Source: an uncultured Gammaproteobacteria bacterium (GTDB lineage Bacteria; Patescibacteriota; Microgenomatia; JAUYPR01). Taken from it: 64,000 nucleotides of DNA. This document shows positions 17,771 to 27,608 of the stretch, piece after piece. How positions within the stretch are numbered: position 1 is the first letter of the stretch; each line of letters begins with the position of its first letter. A program made the position numbers and the translations under genes. The notes below the pieces were generated by a model. It was given only the letters and a program-made list of their open reading frames with translations, made no database searches and was not told the origin of the DNA. The stretch is from NCBI GenBank assembly GCA_964372495.1, contig CAYJQU010000002.1, positions 25,040-89,039 on the forward strand. Reading direction: 5' to 3'.

Positions 17771-18831
17771 GCGTTGCCTGCAACATGGACATCGCTAATA
17801 CCAAGATCAACCGGGCCTGGCGGAAGCCTGTTTTCCTGATCATCAACAAATAACACAATCACACCCCGTTTTTGCGCCCCATCTTCCAGTTTCATATAAT
17901 CCATCAGCTCCGGAGAACCTCCAAACTTCTTACCTGTCCAGTCCGCCGGTCCTGCATCGCCAATCACTGCGATGACAGCTCTTTTTGTCGTAGGATCAAT
18001 GACAATTACTTTACGCCACTTAAACCAGGTATACAACTCATTGGTGCGCTCTTGCCATCCGGGGGCAAGAAAGGTCTGTGCAGCAATATACCACTTTTCC
18101 CGCTGAAGTGCCTGAGGGGTAAGCGCTGCTTTACTCGTGGCAAAATATCCCCAGGCAGAAAGCCCTGGCGCAATCCCCCTGCCAAGCACACGCACTTGGT
18201 TTCCTATTCCCGATGCGTGCTCGGCCAATGAGTCCCCAGGATATCTGTATAAATGCTGTTCTGCCCCAATAAGACCATAGGTCACGTTCAACCGATTCTC
18301 CTCAAGCTCAGCAGCAACTGGCACCGACACTATTTTTGAGAGCAGTTGTTCGAGCGTGGCCTCCTCACCTGGCGTCAGTGCATGGGTAAGGGTAGGCAAT
18401 ATCTGAGCCAGTGCTGCCTTTGCCTCATCTGGGCTTGCCTGGGCAAGCGTGGGGATAGGCACCACCGTCCTCCTCGGATCATACCCAATAGTGGAACGGA
18501 GCAGTGGGGGGCCGCGGATAGGCGGTGCTTGGCCGGTCACGGTGACTGGAGCAACGATTGCAAGCGTACCTATGAGTGCGGTTGCAATCACTTTACGATT
18601 GAGCGCAGCGCGAATATCACCAAACGTCCAGCCCTTTTGCGCAAGATAGGCAAAAAATTCTCGATACCTGCGCCGCAGCTTCCGCTCCTGCTTTTCAATG
18701 AGCTTATCAAGGTGCGAAAGGATGTCCTGGGCGCCTTCGCTGAGGACCCGCTCGCTTCGGCGAAACAAGCGCCGACTGACCCGTTTCCATCTTTTGATTC
18801 GTCGTAGTACTTCCGGCAGACTCTCATCCAT
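17767..18831 (-). CDS. 3D/DPBB-domain protein (MltA/YuiC/RlpA-like putative cell-wall-binding or lytic protein)
   Basis: C-terminal KVIVIDPTTKRAVIAVIGDAGPADWTGKKFGGSPELMDYM resembles the 3D (three-Asp) double-psi beta-barrel signature. N-terminal basic region plus a transmembrane segment. Confidence 0.5.
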   Translation of the reverse strand: MDESLPEVLRRIKRWKRVSRRLFRRSERVLSEGAQDILSHLDKLIEKQERKLRRRYREFFAYLAQKGWTFGDIRAALNRKVIATALIGTLAIVAPVTVTGQAPPIRGPPLLRSTIGYDPRRTVVPIPTLAQASPDEAKAALAQILPTLTHALTPGEEATLEQLLSKIVSVPVAAELEENRLNVTYGLIGAEQHLYRYPGDSLAEHASGIGNQVRVLGRGIAPGLSAWGYFATSKAALTPQALQREKWYIAAQTFLAPGWQERTNELYTWFKWRKVIVIDPTTKRAVIAVIGDAGPADWTGKKFGGSPELMDYMKLEDGAQKRGVIVLFVDDQENRLPPGPVDLGISDVHVAGNA

Positions 18832-20225
18832 TACAGCACCCGTAGAAATGCTTTCAGTAATGTCTTCGTCACTGTTAAAGCGGTAAACATCGATACGAGT
18901 ATTCCTATGGCAAGGGTTAAGGCAAATCCACGCACCAGGCCGCTCCCAAAGTTAAACAGGATAAAGGTAGTTATCAGGCTACTGACGTTTGAGTCGCGAA
19001 TCGAACTCCACGCCCGCTGAAAGCCAAACTCCAAGGCGCTCGCCTTTCCTTTTCCCCACCGAAGCTCCTCTTTCATCCGCTCAAAAACTAAAATGTTGGC
19101 GTCAACGGCCATGCCGATACTCAAGATAAAGCCCGCAACGCCGGCAAGGGTGAGTGTGACCGGCAAGAGCTTAAAGATCGCAAGCGTCGTGAGCGCGTAC
19201 AGAAGCAAAGCGATACTCGCTATCAGCCCCCACCTGCCATAATAGAGAATCATAAACACAAAGAGGGTACTAAGCCCGATTGCGCCAGCTACGACACTCT
19301 TTTGTACTGATTCGTTGCCGAGGGTAGCTCCCACCTGCCGCTGTTCCACTACTGAGATAGGAACCGGCAATGCTCCTGCGCGCAGCTGAATCGCAATCTC
19401 CCGCGCACGCTCGGCGCTAAAATTGCCGGTGATAACGGCCCGGCCTGAGGGGTCCCCGGCAAGTTCGGGCTGAATAACCGGAGCTGGGTTCATAAGCGGC
19501 TCGCTATCCAGAAACATCGCCAAAGGCTTATTAACATTGCGCTGTGTGATGTCCGCAAATTTCTTGGCGCCCTCAGGGGAAAACTCAAGCGCGATCACCC
19601 ATTTGCCACTACGCTGGTCAATCTGAGGCTCGGCACGTTTGAGATCTGCTCCTGAAAGCCCGGTAGATTTGGTGGTTTCCAGCGTCACCCACGTGTCACC
19701 GAATAATTCTGTAAATGCAGATGGGCTCGCCCCGTCGGGTTGAAGCAAGCTCGCTGCAGAGGTAGCTGTCTGAGCGGAGGTGCTTGACTCCCGAAACTCA
19801 AGCTGCGCGGTCTTGCCCACGAGCGCGATCGCCTCGTCCACATTCTCAACACCTGGCAGTTCAACGAGCACTCGGTACTCCTCGCCCACTTTCGAGGACT
19901 GGACGGCGGCCTCGGACACACCAAAGAAATTTACCCGCCGCTCAAGCACCGCCTTTGCCGACTCGAGTGCATTGTCTCGATCCTCTACCGGGATCTTCTG
20001 CATGTCTGTAGCAAGGGCGAGATGTACGCCGCCCTGCAGGTCCAGTCCCCTGCGCAGGGAAAGATCCCTATAGATTCGGTTGCCAGCAAACGTCAGGTCC
20101 ACGTTATAGCCGCCAATGCTGTCAATGCGCACCGGCCCGATCTGGTAATTGATAGGGATCTTTGGAAGATCAATACTAATCACCAGAACCGCGAGGACGA
20201 GAATGAGCCACAGCGATAAGCGCAT
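18831..20225 (-). CDS. secD: Protein translocase subunit SecD
   Basis: N-terminal transmembrane segment, a large periplasmic domain and a C-terminal 6-transmembrane bundle with SecD-like sequence. Confidence 0.9.
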   Translation of the reverse strand: MRLSLWLILVLAVLVISIDLPKIPINYQIGPVRIDSIGGYNVDLTFAGNRIYRDLSLRRGLDLQGGVHLALATDMQKIPVEDRDNALESAKAVLERRVNFFGVSEAAVQSSKVGEEYRVLVELPGVENVDEAIALVGKTAQLEFRESSTSAQTATSAASLLQPDGASPSAFTELFGDTWVTLETTKSTGLSGADLKRAEPQIDQRSGKWVIALEFSPEGAKKFADITQRNVNKPLAMFLDSEPLMNPAPVIQPELAGDPSGRAVITGNFSAERAREIAIQLRAGALPVPISVVEQRQVGATLGNESVQKSVVAGAIGLSTLFVFMILYYGRWGLIASIALLLYALTTLAIFKLLPVTLTLAGVAGFILSIGMAVDANILVFERMKEELRWGKGKASALEFGFQRAWSSIRDSNVSSLITTFILFNFGSGLVRGFALTLAIGILVSMFTALTVTKTLLKAFLRVL

Positions 20226-20253
20226 AGCGTACCCCTATTGTACATGCATAGGC

Positions 20254-21255
20254 TTACTTTGAGGAGGGTGGGGGAGCGAGGTAATCTTGTAAGGTTAGGG
20301 CACCGTGCGGCCTTTCAAGTTCTCGTAGAACTGCCCTGCCTATCTCACCTGAAAAGTACGCTTTATACAAAGGGAGACGGCCACGCACCGGGTCTGGCTT
20401 GAATCCCAGTTTTGCTGCGATCCTTGAAATCCAGCCTAATTCTGGCCCAGCAGGAGCACAAGGAAAATTAACCCGCCAGATGTCACGTTGGTCAGTTTGT
20501 CTGGTAAACTCCTCATTTTCTCGTCCTACATAATCCAGAATAAATTCCTTGCCAAGCGGCTTCTGGATAAGGCACTTCGCAACAAGTCTATCAAACGCTA
20601 CGCCGAGAGCAACCTCTGACTTTAATCTTTCGTTAGCCTCCATATAACACAGATGTACCCTAGTTCCTGCCACGACGATTATATCCGCTATATCCGCACG
20701 CGGAACGTCTATGAACCGTTTGGCTGCGAGCACTTTTCTATACTGACGCGCGGGCACTCCTACCTCAAGAGAAACAGACCAGCGGGCCGAGAGAAGTGCT
20801 TCGTAGCACTGGTCCATTTCCCACTGTAAGGCAGCGGGTAGGGAAGCAAGTTTCTGCGCACGCGGCCAATACGGGATACTCATTCCCAAAATCTCCTCCG
20901 CAAGTGTCGCCTCGGCAAGTGCACGGTGAGCCGCATCGCCTGTCGGAAACTGATAATTCTCTAGTACTCCATACAAAGCTTTTCCACTACGTGTAATCTG
21001 AAGTGTCATCCTGTTCTCGCAAGAAACTGTCCATTCTCCCGGTCGCACTGTCACTGCCGGCCAGACTACTGCATCAAAGACTGTCTTTGGAAGGAGAAAA
21101 ATCTCGTCGGGATGAAACATCGCCTCTTGGTTTATCTGCAATACGGGATAGCGTCTGCGTAGAAACTGTCCCAGCCCGTATGTTGCCTGAACAGTCAACT
21201 GCTTGGCCGTACTATCGTAGTGTGCAGCCTGTATTTCCGTTCGATCGGTAAGCAT
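20254..21255 (-). CDS. Hypothetical protein (333 aa)
   Basis: Long ORF on the same strand as secD. No motif recognised. Confidence 0.45.
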   Translation of the reverse strand: MLTDRTEIQAAHYDSTAKQLTVQATYGLGQFLRRRYPVLQINQEAMFHPDEIFLLPKTVFDAVVWPAVTVRPGEWTVSCENRMTLQITRSGKALYGVLENYQFPTGDAAHRALAEATLAEEILGMSIPYWPRAQKLASLPAALQWEMDQCYEALLSARWSVSLEVGVPARQYRKVLAAKRFIDVPRADIADIIVVAGTRVHLCYMEANERLKSEVALGVAFDRLVAKCLIQKPLGKEFILDYVGRENEEFTRQTDQRDIWRVNFPCAPAGPELGWISRIAAKLGFKPDPVRGRLPLYKAYFSGEIGRAVLRELERPHGALTLQDYLAPPPSSK

Positions 21256-21355
21256 ACGAATAGTGGTGAACTTTAGTATATTGGTCCTGCAAAGTCAAAT
21301 CGCGATTGCGCCACTCGTGCTTTTAATGCCATGATACAGAGAGGTCTTTTCACCC

Positions 21356-24300
21356 ATGAGACGGCACTACCATACACTCATCGTCGGTATTACCCTTCTC
21401 GGCTCTCTTCTGTGGCCTTCTTGCATTTTCGCGCAAGAGCCAACTTGGTCATCGCCGGTTAGTCTCACGGGAAATCCTACCAACAGAAAGGGCGAACCGT
21501 CCGTCGCAGTGGACCGGTACGGGACGGTCCATGCCGTCTACGTAGACAACTTCCGCGTGTACTATCAAAAACGGCCCGGCAGCACGTGGGCTGCGCCTAC
21601 CGACGTGACTAGCACCTCTGGTTTTCCTACAAGCACCGACTATTACTCACCGAAAATTGCCATCGGCATAAACAACATCCCGCACCTCCTCATCACGGGG
21701 GCCCCGCGCGGCCCCGGAACTGCCGGCATCTATCACACGTCGTACAAAGATGGATCATGGCAACCCGCAGTCCGAGTAAGCCGTTCGCATATGAATGGCT
21801 ATATGTACAGACAGCCGCTCGCGATCGGCGCGGACGGCACCGTGCATGCAATCTGGAAGGAAAATCTCGGGTGGGCAGGGGACCAGGTGTTTTATTCCAA
21901 GAAGGTGGGGAACGTATGGAGTGAGCCCGTACAGGTTACCGGCAACGAGGACGAGGCATTGCAGGCAGTGGCGCTCTTGGACGGCGATACCGTGCGCTTT
22001 GTGTTTGCCACTTACCCAACTAAGCTCATTCGCGAGCGGCGGCTGGTGGGGGCCACCTGGCAAAATCCCACCACCCTTTTCTCCAACGTCTCGGTCAATA
22101 ACGACTCTTTCACAGCAGCATTCGGCGTAAACGGCGGTATGACGATTGTCTGGGTGAAGGTAGAAGGGAGTACCCATACCCTTGAGGCTAGCAGCTTGAG
22201 TGGATCGGCGTGGTCTGCTCCCACTGCCATCTTTACCGAATCGCCACCGCGGTACGCGCGCGAGCCGATCGCAAAAGTAGACGACTACGGCCAAGCGCAC
22301 CTTAGTTTCTTTGTCGACCAGTGGCAGGATGATCAGACTGATCGTATCCTCTACATGCATCAAAGTGCGACGGGATGGACACAAGCAGTTGCGTTGTCTT
22401 CTGGAAATGACGCGGATGCCCCGTTTATTGTGGCCATGGATAAAGTATACGCAGTCTGGCGACAGCGCATATCCGGCTCTTTATACGATATCTACTTTAC
22501 CGCAAGTAGCGAGATTGCGGCGCGGACTCCGGTGGTGCTGGTTCCCGGGATTGCGGCTTCGTGGAATTGGGGAGTGATGTCCGACCTTAATCTTTCCGAT
22601 ACTAACTGGATGTGGTCACCCACGACTGATAAGGGTTGGGAGGGGCTTATCACCGCGCTTGAGGCGGCCGGGTATCAGAAAGATAAGCACTACTCGATCG
22701 CATTCTATGACTGGCGCAAAACGAATGACTGGTTGGACAATGACCCCGATGCAGCAAAGGCTGCCAAGGTGTACTTGAAGGCTGCCATAGACAAGGTCAA
22801 GGCTGCAAACCCAGGAGTTTCCAAAGTTCATGTGGTCGCGCACAGTATGGGGGGACTGGTGGTACGCAGTTACGTTGAGTCGGGAGAGTACCGGGGGGAT
22901 ATCGATCAAGCAATCTTCGTTGGGACCCCAAATCAAGGTGCAGCGTTTTCATATTACATGTGGGGTGGGGCAGAGGTACCACCGAGTTGGGATTTGGTAA
23001 GTAGAGCAGTAGTCAAGGTCTACATGTTGTATCTAAGACGGCTCAAAAATACAGACGATCTTAATATAGTCAGAGGCTTTACAAAATCTATAAAAAACTT
23101 GCTCCCAGTCAATTCAAACTACCTAGCCGTCAACGGAAATTCCCTACAGTGGGACTTACTGTCTGAGGTCAACACGTTCCTCAAAACTACCTCGCCCTCT
23201 GATAGCATAAGCTCTCGATTTGCTGCCAAAGGAGTGCGACTGTCGACCATTCACGGGACCGGTGTAAATACCGTCCACCAAATGTCGGTCGAGCCGTACC
23301 AAGCTAGTTTTGGTAGCCTGTGGAAAGACGGTAAGCCGACCGGGGACATCACCACGATCAACGGCGACGGGACAGTAACTGAGCTAAGCGCAAAGATTAC
23401 GGGGGTAGAAAGCTCGAGCTTGATCTCAAAGCATGCGCGCTTACCCAGCGACGCTGCCGAAATCATCATGCGCAAACTCGGCCGCGTGCATACGCTAGCC
23501 ACTATCGCACTCCCATCTTCAATCCTAACCGTATGGACCCATCCAGTCACCGACGTAACTGTGGAAGATCCGGACACTAATACGCCAGTGGGCACCAAGC
23601 TTGAGGAACGAGCAGATGGGGGATTCAAAGTAATAACGGTGCCAGAACCCAAGAAACCGAAGTACCGCGTGAAGCTAAAAGGGCAGGGGACCGGGAAGTT
23701 CAAAGTTGGGAGCGACCTGCACACAGAAACAAGCTCCACCCCAACGGAAAAAGAGGGCACTGCAAAGCAGGGTGTAACGATCTCTTACACTCTGGCAGTC
23801 GCCACCACCAGTGCGACTCCCCTCTTACTTTCTTCTGACGATACCAAAGCGCCGCAGACGACGCTTGCTAGCTCTGGCTCCACCGTAACCCTCACTGCCC
23901 AAGACGATAATGAGGGAACCGGCGTCGGATCCACTGAGTATAGTTTTGACAGCATCACGTGGTCTGCTTACACATCTCCCTTCACAATAAGCGGCACAAC
24001 GACTATTTACTACCGATCCACAGATCTTGTGGGAAATATGGAACCCACTAAATCTTCAAGTGTCACTGTGTCCTCTACAACCACAAGTTCCCAGAGTTCA
24101 ACCTCCACTTCCTCTACCTCGACGGCGCAAGTTCTCGGTGCGCAAGCGCAAAAACAAGCCGAGGCAGTAACCAACACGGTAAAGCACGTACCTGCTCAGG
24201 TTGGCAGAGCTTTAACCTCGGTTATAGACGACCTTTTAGGTAACGAGCCGCAGCGTGAGGAACCCACGGGCCAGCAACAGCCACCCAACCGTCCCGAAGT

Positions 24301-24445
24301 GAAAGCGGAAAGCACCATTAACTTCTTTGCTTTCATGCGTAATCCCGTTGTAATTGTCGCAGTCGTCACACTTACCTTGGCCGGGGGAGCGGTGGGAATT
24401 TCAGTGGCTTCAGGAAGCGGGTTCTTTGGAAAGTTTAAGTTATAA
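21356..24445 (+). CDS. Large cell-surface multidomain protein: signal peptide, BNR/Asp-box-like beta-propeller region, LipA-like alpha/beta-hydrolase (lipase/esterase), OmpL47-type Ig-like domain, Ser/Thr-rich stalk and C-terminal transmembrane anchor
   Basis: Signal peptide MRRHYHTLIVGITLLGSLLWPSCIFAQ. SYKDGSW-type Asp-box-like motifs. VVLVPGI...HVVAHSMGG nucleophile elbow (GXSXG), very like Bacillus LipA. The TVTLTA.DD..G.GV..TEYS.D...W..YT.PFT..GTTTIYYRSTDLVGN.EP motif of OmpL47-type Ig-like domains. SSTTTSSQSSTSTSSTST low-complexity stalk. C-terminal hydrophobic helix. Confidence 0.7.
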   Translation: MRRHYHTLIVGITLLGSLLWPSCIFAQEPTWSSPVSLTGNPTNRKGEPSVAVDRYGTVHAVYVDNFRVYYQKRPGSTWAAPTDVTSTSGFPTSTDYYSPKIAIGINNIPHLLITGAPRGPGTAGIYHTSYKDGSWQPAVRVSRSHMNGYMYRQPLAIGADGTVHAIWKENLGWAGDQVFYSKKVGNVWSEPVQVTGNEDEALQAVALLDGDTVRFVFATYPTKLIRERRLVGATWQNPTTLFSNVSVNNDSFTAAFGVNGGMTIVWVKVEGSTHTLEASSLSGSAWSAPTAIFTESPPRYAREPIAKVDDYGQAHLSFFVDQWQDDQTDRILYMHQSATGWTQAVALSSGNDADAPFIVAMDKVYAVWRQRISGSLYDIYFTASSEIAARTPVVLVPGIAASWNWGVMSDLNLSDTNWMWSPTTDKGWEGLITALEAAGYQKDKHYSIAFYDWRKTNDWLDNDPDAAKAAKVYLKAAIDKVKAANPGVSKVHVVAHSMGGLVVRSYVESGEYRGDIDQAIFVGTPNQGAAFSYYMWGGAEVPPSWDLVSRAVVKVYMLYLRRLKNTDDLNIVRGFTKSIKNLLPVNSNYLAVNGNSLQWDLLSEVNTFLKTTSPSDSISSRFAAKGVRLSTIHGTGVNTVHQMSVEPYQASFGSLWKDGKPTGDITTINGDGTVTELSAKITGVESSSLISKHARLPSDAAEIIMRKLGRVHTLATIALPSSILTVWTHPVTDVTVEDPDTNTPVGTKLEERADGGFKVITVPEPKKPKYRVKLKGQGTGKFKVGSDLHTETSSTPTEKEGTAKQGVTISYTLAVATTSATPLLLSSDDTKAPQTTLASSGSTVTLTAQDDNEGTGVGSTEYSFDSITWSAYTSPFTISGTTTIYYRSTDLVGNMEPTKSSSVTVSSTTTSSQSSTSTSSTSTAQVLGAQAQKQAEAVTNTVKHVPAQVGRALTSVIDDLLGNEPQREEPTGQQQPPNRPEVKAESTINFFAFMRNPVVIVAVVTLTLAGGAVGISVASGSGFFGKFKL

Positions 24446-24838
24446 CCGTACCAGCTTTACCCCTAGAAATGCAAACGACGCCCATACAAATATTTGAACG
24501 ACGTTTGTAAAAATAAACGCCTCTCTCGGCCATGTAATTAACTCATACCAGATACCATTCACAAACAGTACAGAAAGCAAGGGTGACAACATACCTCCAA
24601 TAAAAAAGCCCACCGTCCCCAACGTTAACGCAAGCTTTGGAAGTCTACTCAAACCCCACATGAGTGCCATACCGACACCAAGCAGTGTGCTGACACCCCT
24701 CACCCACCACTCATCACTCGGCTGTCGAGCGAAGTTGTAGATTGGCGTTATATACGGAAATACAAAATAGCCAGCTAACGCACCAATAAGCCCAAAAAGA
24801 ATGATCTTGGACAGGATGGGCTTCATCCCTCTTTCCAC
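24440..24838 (-). CDS. Small integral membrane protein (132 aa)
   Basis: About 4 predicted transmembrane helices. No motif recognised. Confidence 0.4.
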   Translation of the reverse strand: MERGMKPILSKIILFGLIGALAGYFVFPYITPIYNFARQPSDEWWVRGVSTLLGVGMALMWGLSRLPKLALTLGTVGFFIGGMLSPLLSVLFVNGIWYELITWPREAFIFTNVVQIFVWASFAFLGVKLVRL

Positions 24839-25383
24839 TTAATCGAGCAGCCGATGGAGGGTTCTTGCGGGGATGGGGGAGTGCCGCCGGTAACAAGCCG
24901 CTCAAGCGCGTCTTCTAAATTCCGCTCTGTGACACGCGTCGGGCTCTGCCAATTGTCGTTGACGCGCCCATGGTAAAACACCGTCCATTGATCATCCGTT
25001 TTTTTGAATAAATACGGGTCAGGTGTACATTCCGCCTGGAAGGCTTTAGCTACCTCTTGCGATTCATCACGCAGGTAGGGGAATGGTATCCCCCACTCTC
25101 TCTCCTTCTTTTTCATTTCCTCAAAGGAATCCTCTGGGTAGGTCGCCGCATCATTCGGGTTAATCGCGAGAAACCCGACCTCTCCCCCATATTTTTTATG
25201 GAGATTGATAATAAGCGGCCACGCGGCCTTTGCGTATGGACAGTGATTACAGGTGAAAACAACCAGGAGTCCCTTTTTATCAGAAAAGTCCGCCGGGGAA
25301 ACGGTGTTCCCTTCAGTATCAGGGAGGGCAAACTCCGGCATCTCCCACCCTGCCTGATGCAATTGTGAATACGTCAGCGCCAT
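24823..25383 (-). CDS. Thioredoxin-fold protein (CxxC; redoxin/peroxiredoxin-like)
   Basis: LLVVFTCNHCPYAKAAWP carries a CxxC motif in a thioredoxin-like context. Confidence 0.6.
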   Translation of the reverse strand: MALTYSQLHQAGWEMPEFALPDTEGNTVSPADFSDKKGLLVVFTCNHCPYAKAAWPLIINLHKKYGGEVGFLAINPNDAATYPEDSFEEMKKKEREWGIPFPYLRDESQEVAKAFQAECTPDPYLFKKTDDQWTVFYHGRVNDNWQSPTRVTERNLEDALERLVTGGTPPSPQEPSIGCSIKWKEG

Positions 25384-25451
25384 GTTGGTATACTATCACG
25401 GATACCACATCAGCTCAAGCTTGATGCCATCCGGATTCTCGAAAAGCCGTG

Positions 25452-27608
25452 TTAACTATCTGCTACAATCTTCCTAAAAAGATACAGGGCTGTCAATGCG
25501 CTTACCGCAAGCCCTAGCTTAAACGTCCATGGATCATAGATAAAAGTGACCGTGTGCTCCCCTTCTGGTACCTGCACGGCACGGAACGCGATATTGGCGG
25601 GGTAAATAGGCACTTCCCTGCCATCCACACTCGCTTTCCATCCGGGGTAGAAGGAATCAAGCAGCACCAACCACGCATCCTGAGTTGCATTCGCCCGTAC
25701 TTCTACCCGCTCCGGCCCTCTGACCAACACCTCGGCTTTCAGGGGCTTAACCTCTAATCCTGGTAGGGGTTTAACCCCTAATCCGCTGGATTCGAGGATC
25801 ACACCGCGAGTGTAGTCAAAGCCGGATTGCAGAAGCGCAAGGGCTGACGGCGCGTCGGGCACGAATTGGGCGTGAGGCACAAGGTACGCCCGCGGCAAAG
25901 CTGTGCTCCACGGCCGCACACCACCAGGATACTCCTGGTCCAGGATTGCTCGTGTTGCGGTCAAATCGAGAAACGCGCGTGCTCGGTCAGGTTCTTGCAG
26001 CAACAAAAAATAATCCTGGCGATTCTCAAGGTAGGCGGAGGCAAACAGTTCATAGCGGCGTGGTCGCAGCACCTCATATCCCCGCGGATCGGCAAGTCCG
26101 TATAACATGCCGATGTTCGGGGGAAAGTAGCCGTCACGGGAAATGACTCTGCCGTCGCCTTGCAATGCCTGCAACCTAACAATTTCCGCAGTCACCGAGT
26201 ATACGTACTCCGGCTGGATACTGGGGTAGTGCTTGGAAATCCACACGCTCCCGTCAGCAATGACCAGAAGGCACAATCCCGCTCCCACCATCCATCCCCA
26301 CCTTGCAAGGGGACGCTTTGCAAACGCAAGAGCCGCACATCCTGCGATCATAAACACCAAGAAATAGTGCACGCGATGATTGTTGGCCATACGCATGATC
26401 GGAAGGAAGTTCACTAGATGGAGCACTGGCGCCTCAAACGCCACTCCTACGCTCAGAAGCCCAAGTGCGAGCAGTATCTTGGCTCGTACGTCCGTAAGTA
26501 ACCATCTCAGCGACAGAAATAAGGTTATTGTCGCCACAATACTCACATAGCCAAGCTGCTCGTTGTAATTGGTAAACGGCAGCTCATAGTGTCCCAACGC
26601 TGGACTGCCAAACGCGTACGGAGAGGTGAGCGCTTTGAGGGTGGGCACGTACAGTCTGAGGTGCTCCCAGTTTCCTAACAACCCAAATGCGATACTGTCA
26701 CGCACTGGGGTCTGTCCCAAATAGCTTCTCCCTACCTCTGATGCACTGCTCTGCAAGATGTATTCTGCCATAGGAAATAACAGCGGCGCTACCAGCAGGG
26801 TACCGCACACTATGCCCCCAATGAGCGTCCGCAGACCACGCGACGCATGTTCAATATACTGATATATTGAACATGACTCACGAATGCTTAGTCGCACGTT
26901 CGTACCACTACACCACAAACGTAAAGTGCCATAGATCGTGCTAAACGCAATGATCTGAAACGATGTCTCTATATGGCCGGGAAGCCAGACCAGCGCCACC
27001 GCGCCGGAAAGCACAAGTAAGGAATACACCCCTCCAGTAATCACCCGCTCTATCGCCCATAGCACAAGGGGGAGCCACAACAGCACCGCAGTCACTGGCC
27101 AGATCGCCCAGGCAACCACAAACTGTGCGGTCAGTACCACAAAACCGCCTAACAGAGCCGCCCAAAAGTGATTGGTCAAACGCCTCAACCACAGGAAGGT
27201 AAAAAATCCACACAGCGTCAGTCGCACTATTACCAAAAATAACGGTACGTGCTCAACGGGAAGGGGCAGTATCGCAGCGAGCACTATCGTGGGATCCAAA
27301 AACCCCGACTGCCCATTGGCTACATAGGGCATCCCGCCCCATGTATAGGGATTCCACAGCGCGAGTTCTCCCGAACGCCAACGCTCCAGGTTATACGCAA
27401 GGTAGGGATAAATTAGCGCTGAAACGTCGCCCAGTAAAAAATTGCGAGAATCTGGCAAGTCCGCCGGGCGGTGCAACGTCCATGGGTAGACATCATAGAA
27501 ATGTACTGCCGGAACGAGTGCCAATCCCTTACTGAGTGGTTGCCAGAAGTAGAAACACGCAACCAATGCATACGCGCCGAGCGCCGCAAGGGCCGGAACT
27601 GCTTTCAC
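25452..27608 (-). CDS. Large polytopic membrane protein, YfhO/ArnT-like (putative membrane glycosyltransferase family)
   Basis: 718-aa ORF with at least 12 hydrophobic helices and a C-terminal soluble domain. It contains an in-frame 30-bp palindromic repeat that encodes SCSIYQYIEH in a hydrophilic loop. Confidence 0.55.
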   Translation of the reverse strand: MKAVPALAALGAYALVACFYFWQPLSKGLALVPAVHFYDVYPWTLHRPADLPDSRNFLLGDVSALIYPYLAYNLERWRSGELALWNPYTWGGMPYVANGQSGFLDPTIVLAAILPLPVEHVPLFLVIVRLTLCGFFTFLWLRRLTNHFWAALLGGFVVLTAQFVVAWAIWPVTAVLLWLPLVLWAIERVITGGVYSLLVLSGAVALVWLPGHIETSFQIIAFSTIYGTLRLWCSGTNVRLSIRESCSIYQYIEHASRGLRTLIGGIVCGTLLVAPLLFPMAEYILQSSASEVGRSYLGQTPVRDSIAFGLLGNWEHLRLYVPTLKALTSPYAFGSPALGHYELPFTNYNEQLGYVSIVATITLFLSLRWLLTDVRAKILLALGLLSVGVAFEAPVLHLVNFLPIMRMANNHRVHYFLVFMIAGCAALAFAKRPLARWGWMVGAGLCLLVIADGSVWISKHYPSIQPEYVYSVTAEIVRLQALQGDGRVISRDGYFPPNIGMLYGLADPRGYEVLRPRRYELFASAYLENRQDYFLLLQEPDRARAFLDLTATRAILDQEYPGGVRPWSTALPRAYLVPHAQFVPDAPSALALLQSGFDYTRGVILESSGLGVKPLPGLEVKPLKAEVLVRGPERVEVRANATQDAWLVLLDSFYPGWKASVDGREVPIYPANIAFRAVQVPEGEHTVTFIYDPWTFKLGLAVSALTALYLFRKIVADS
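26846..26875. repeat. 30-bp perfect palindrome CATGTTCAATATA-CTGA-TATATTGAACATG (copy 2 of 2)
   Basis: Shares its 26-bp core with 16517-16544. The outermost arm positions differ from copy 1 but change on both arms, so the palindrome is preserved. It lies in-frame inside the YfhO-like CDS. Confidence 0.7.
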
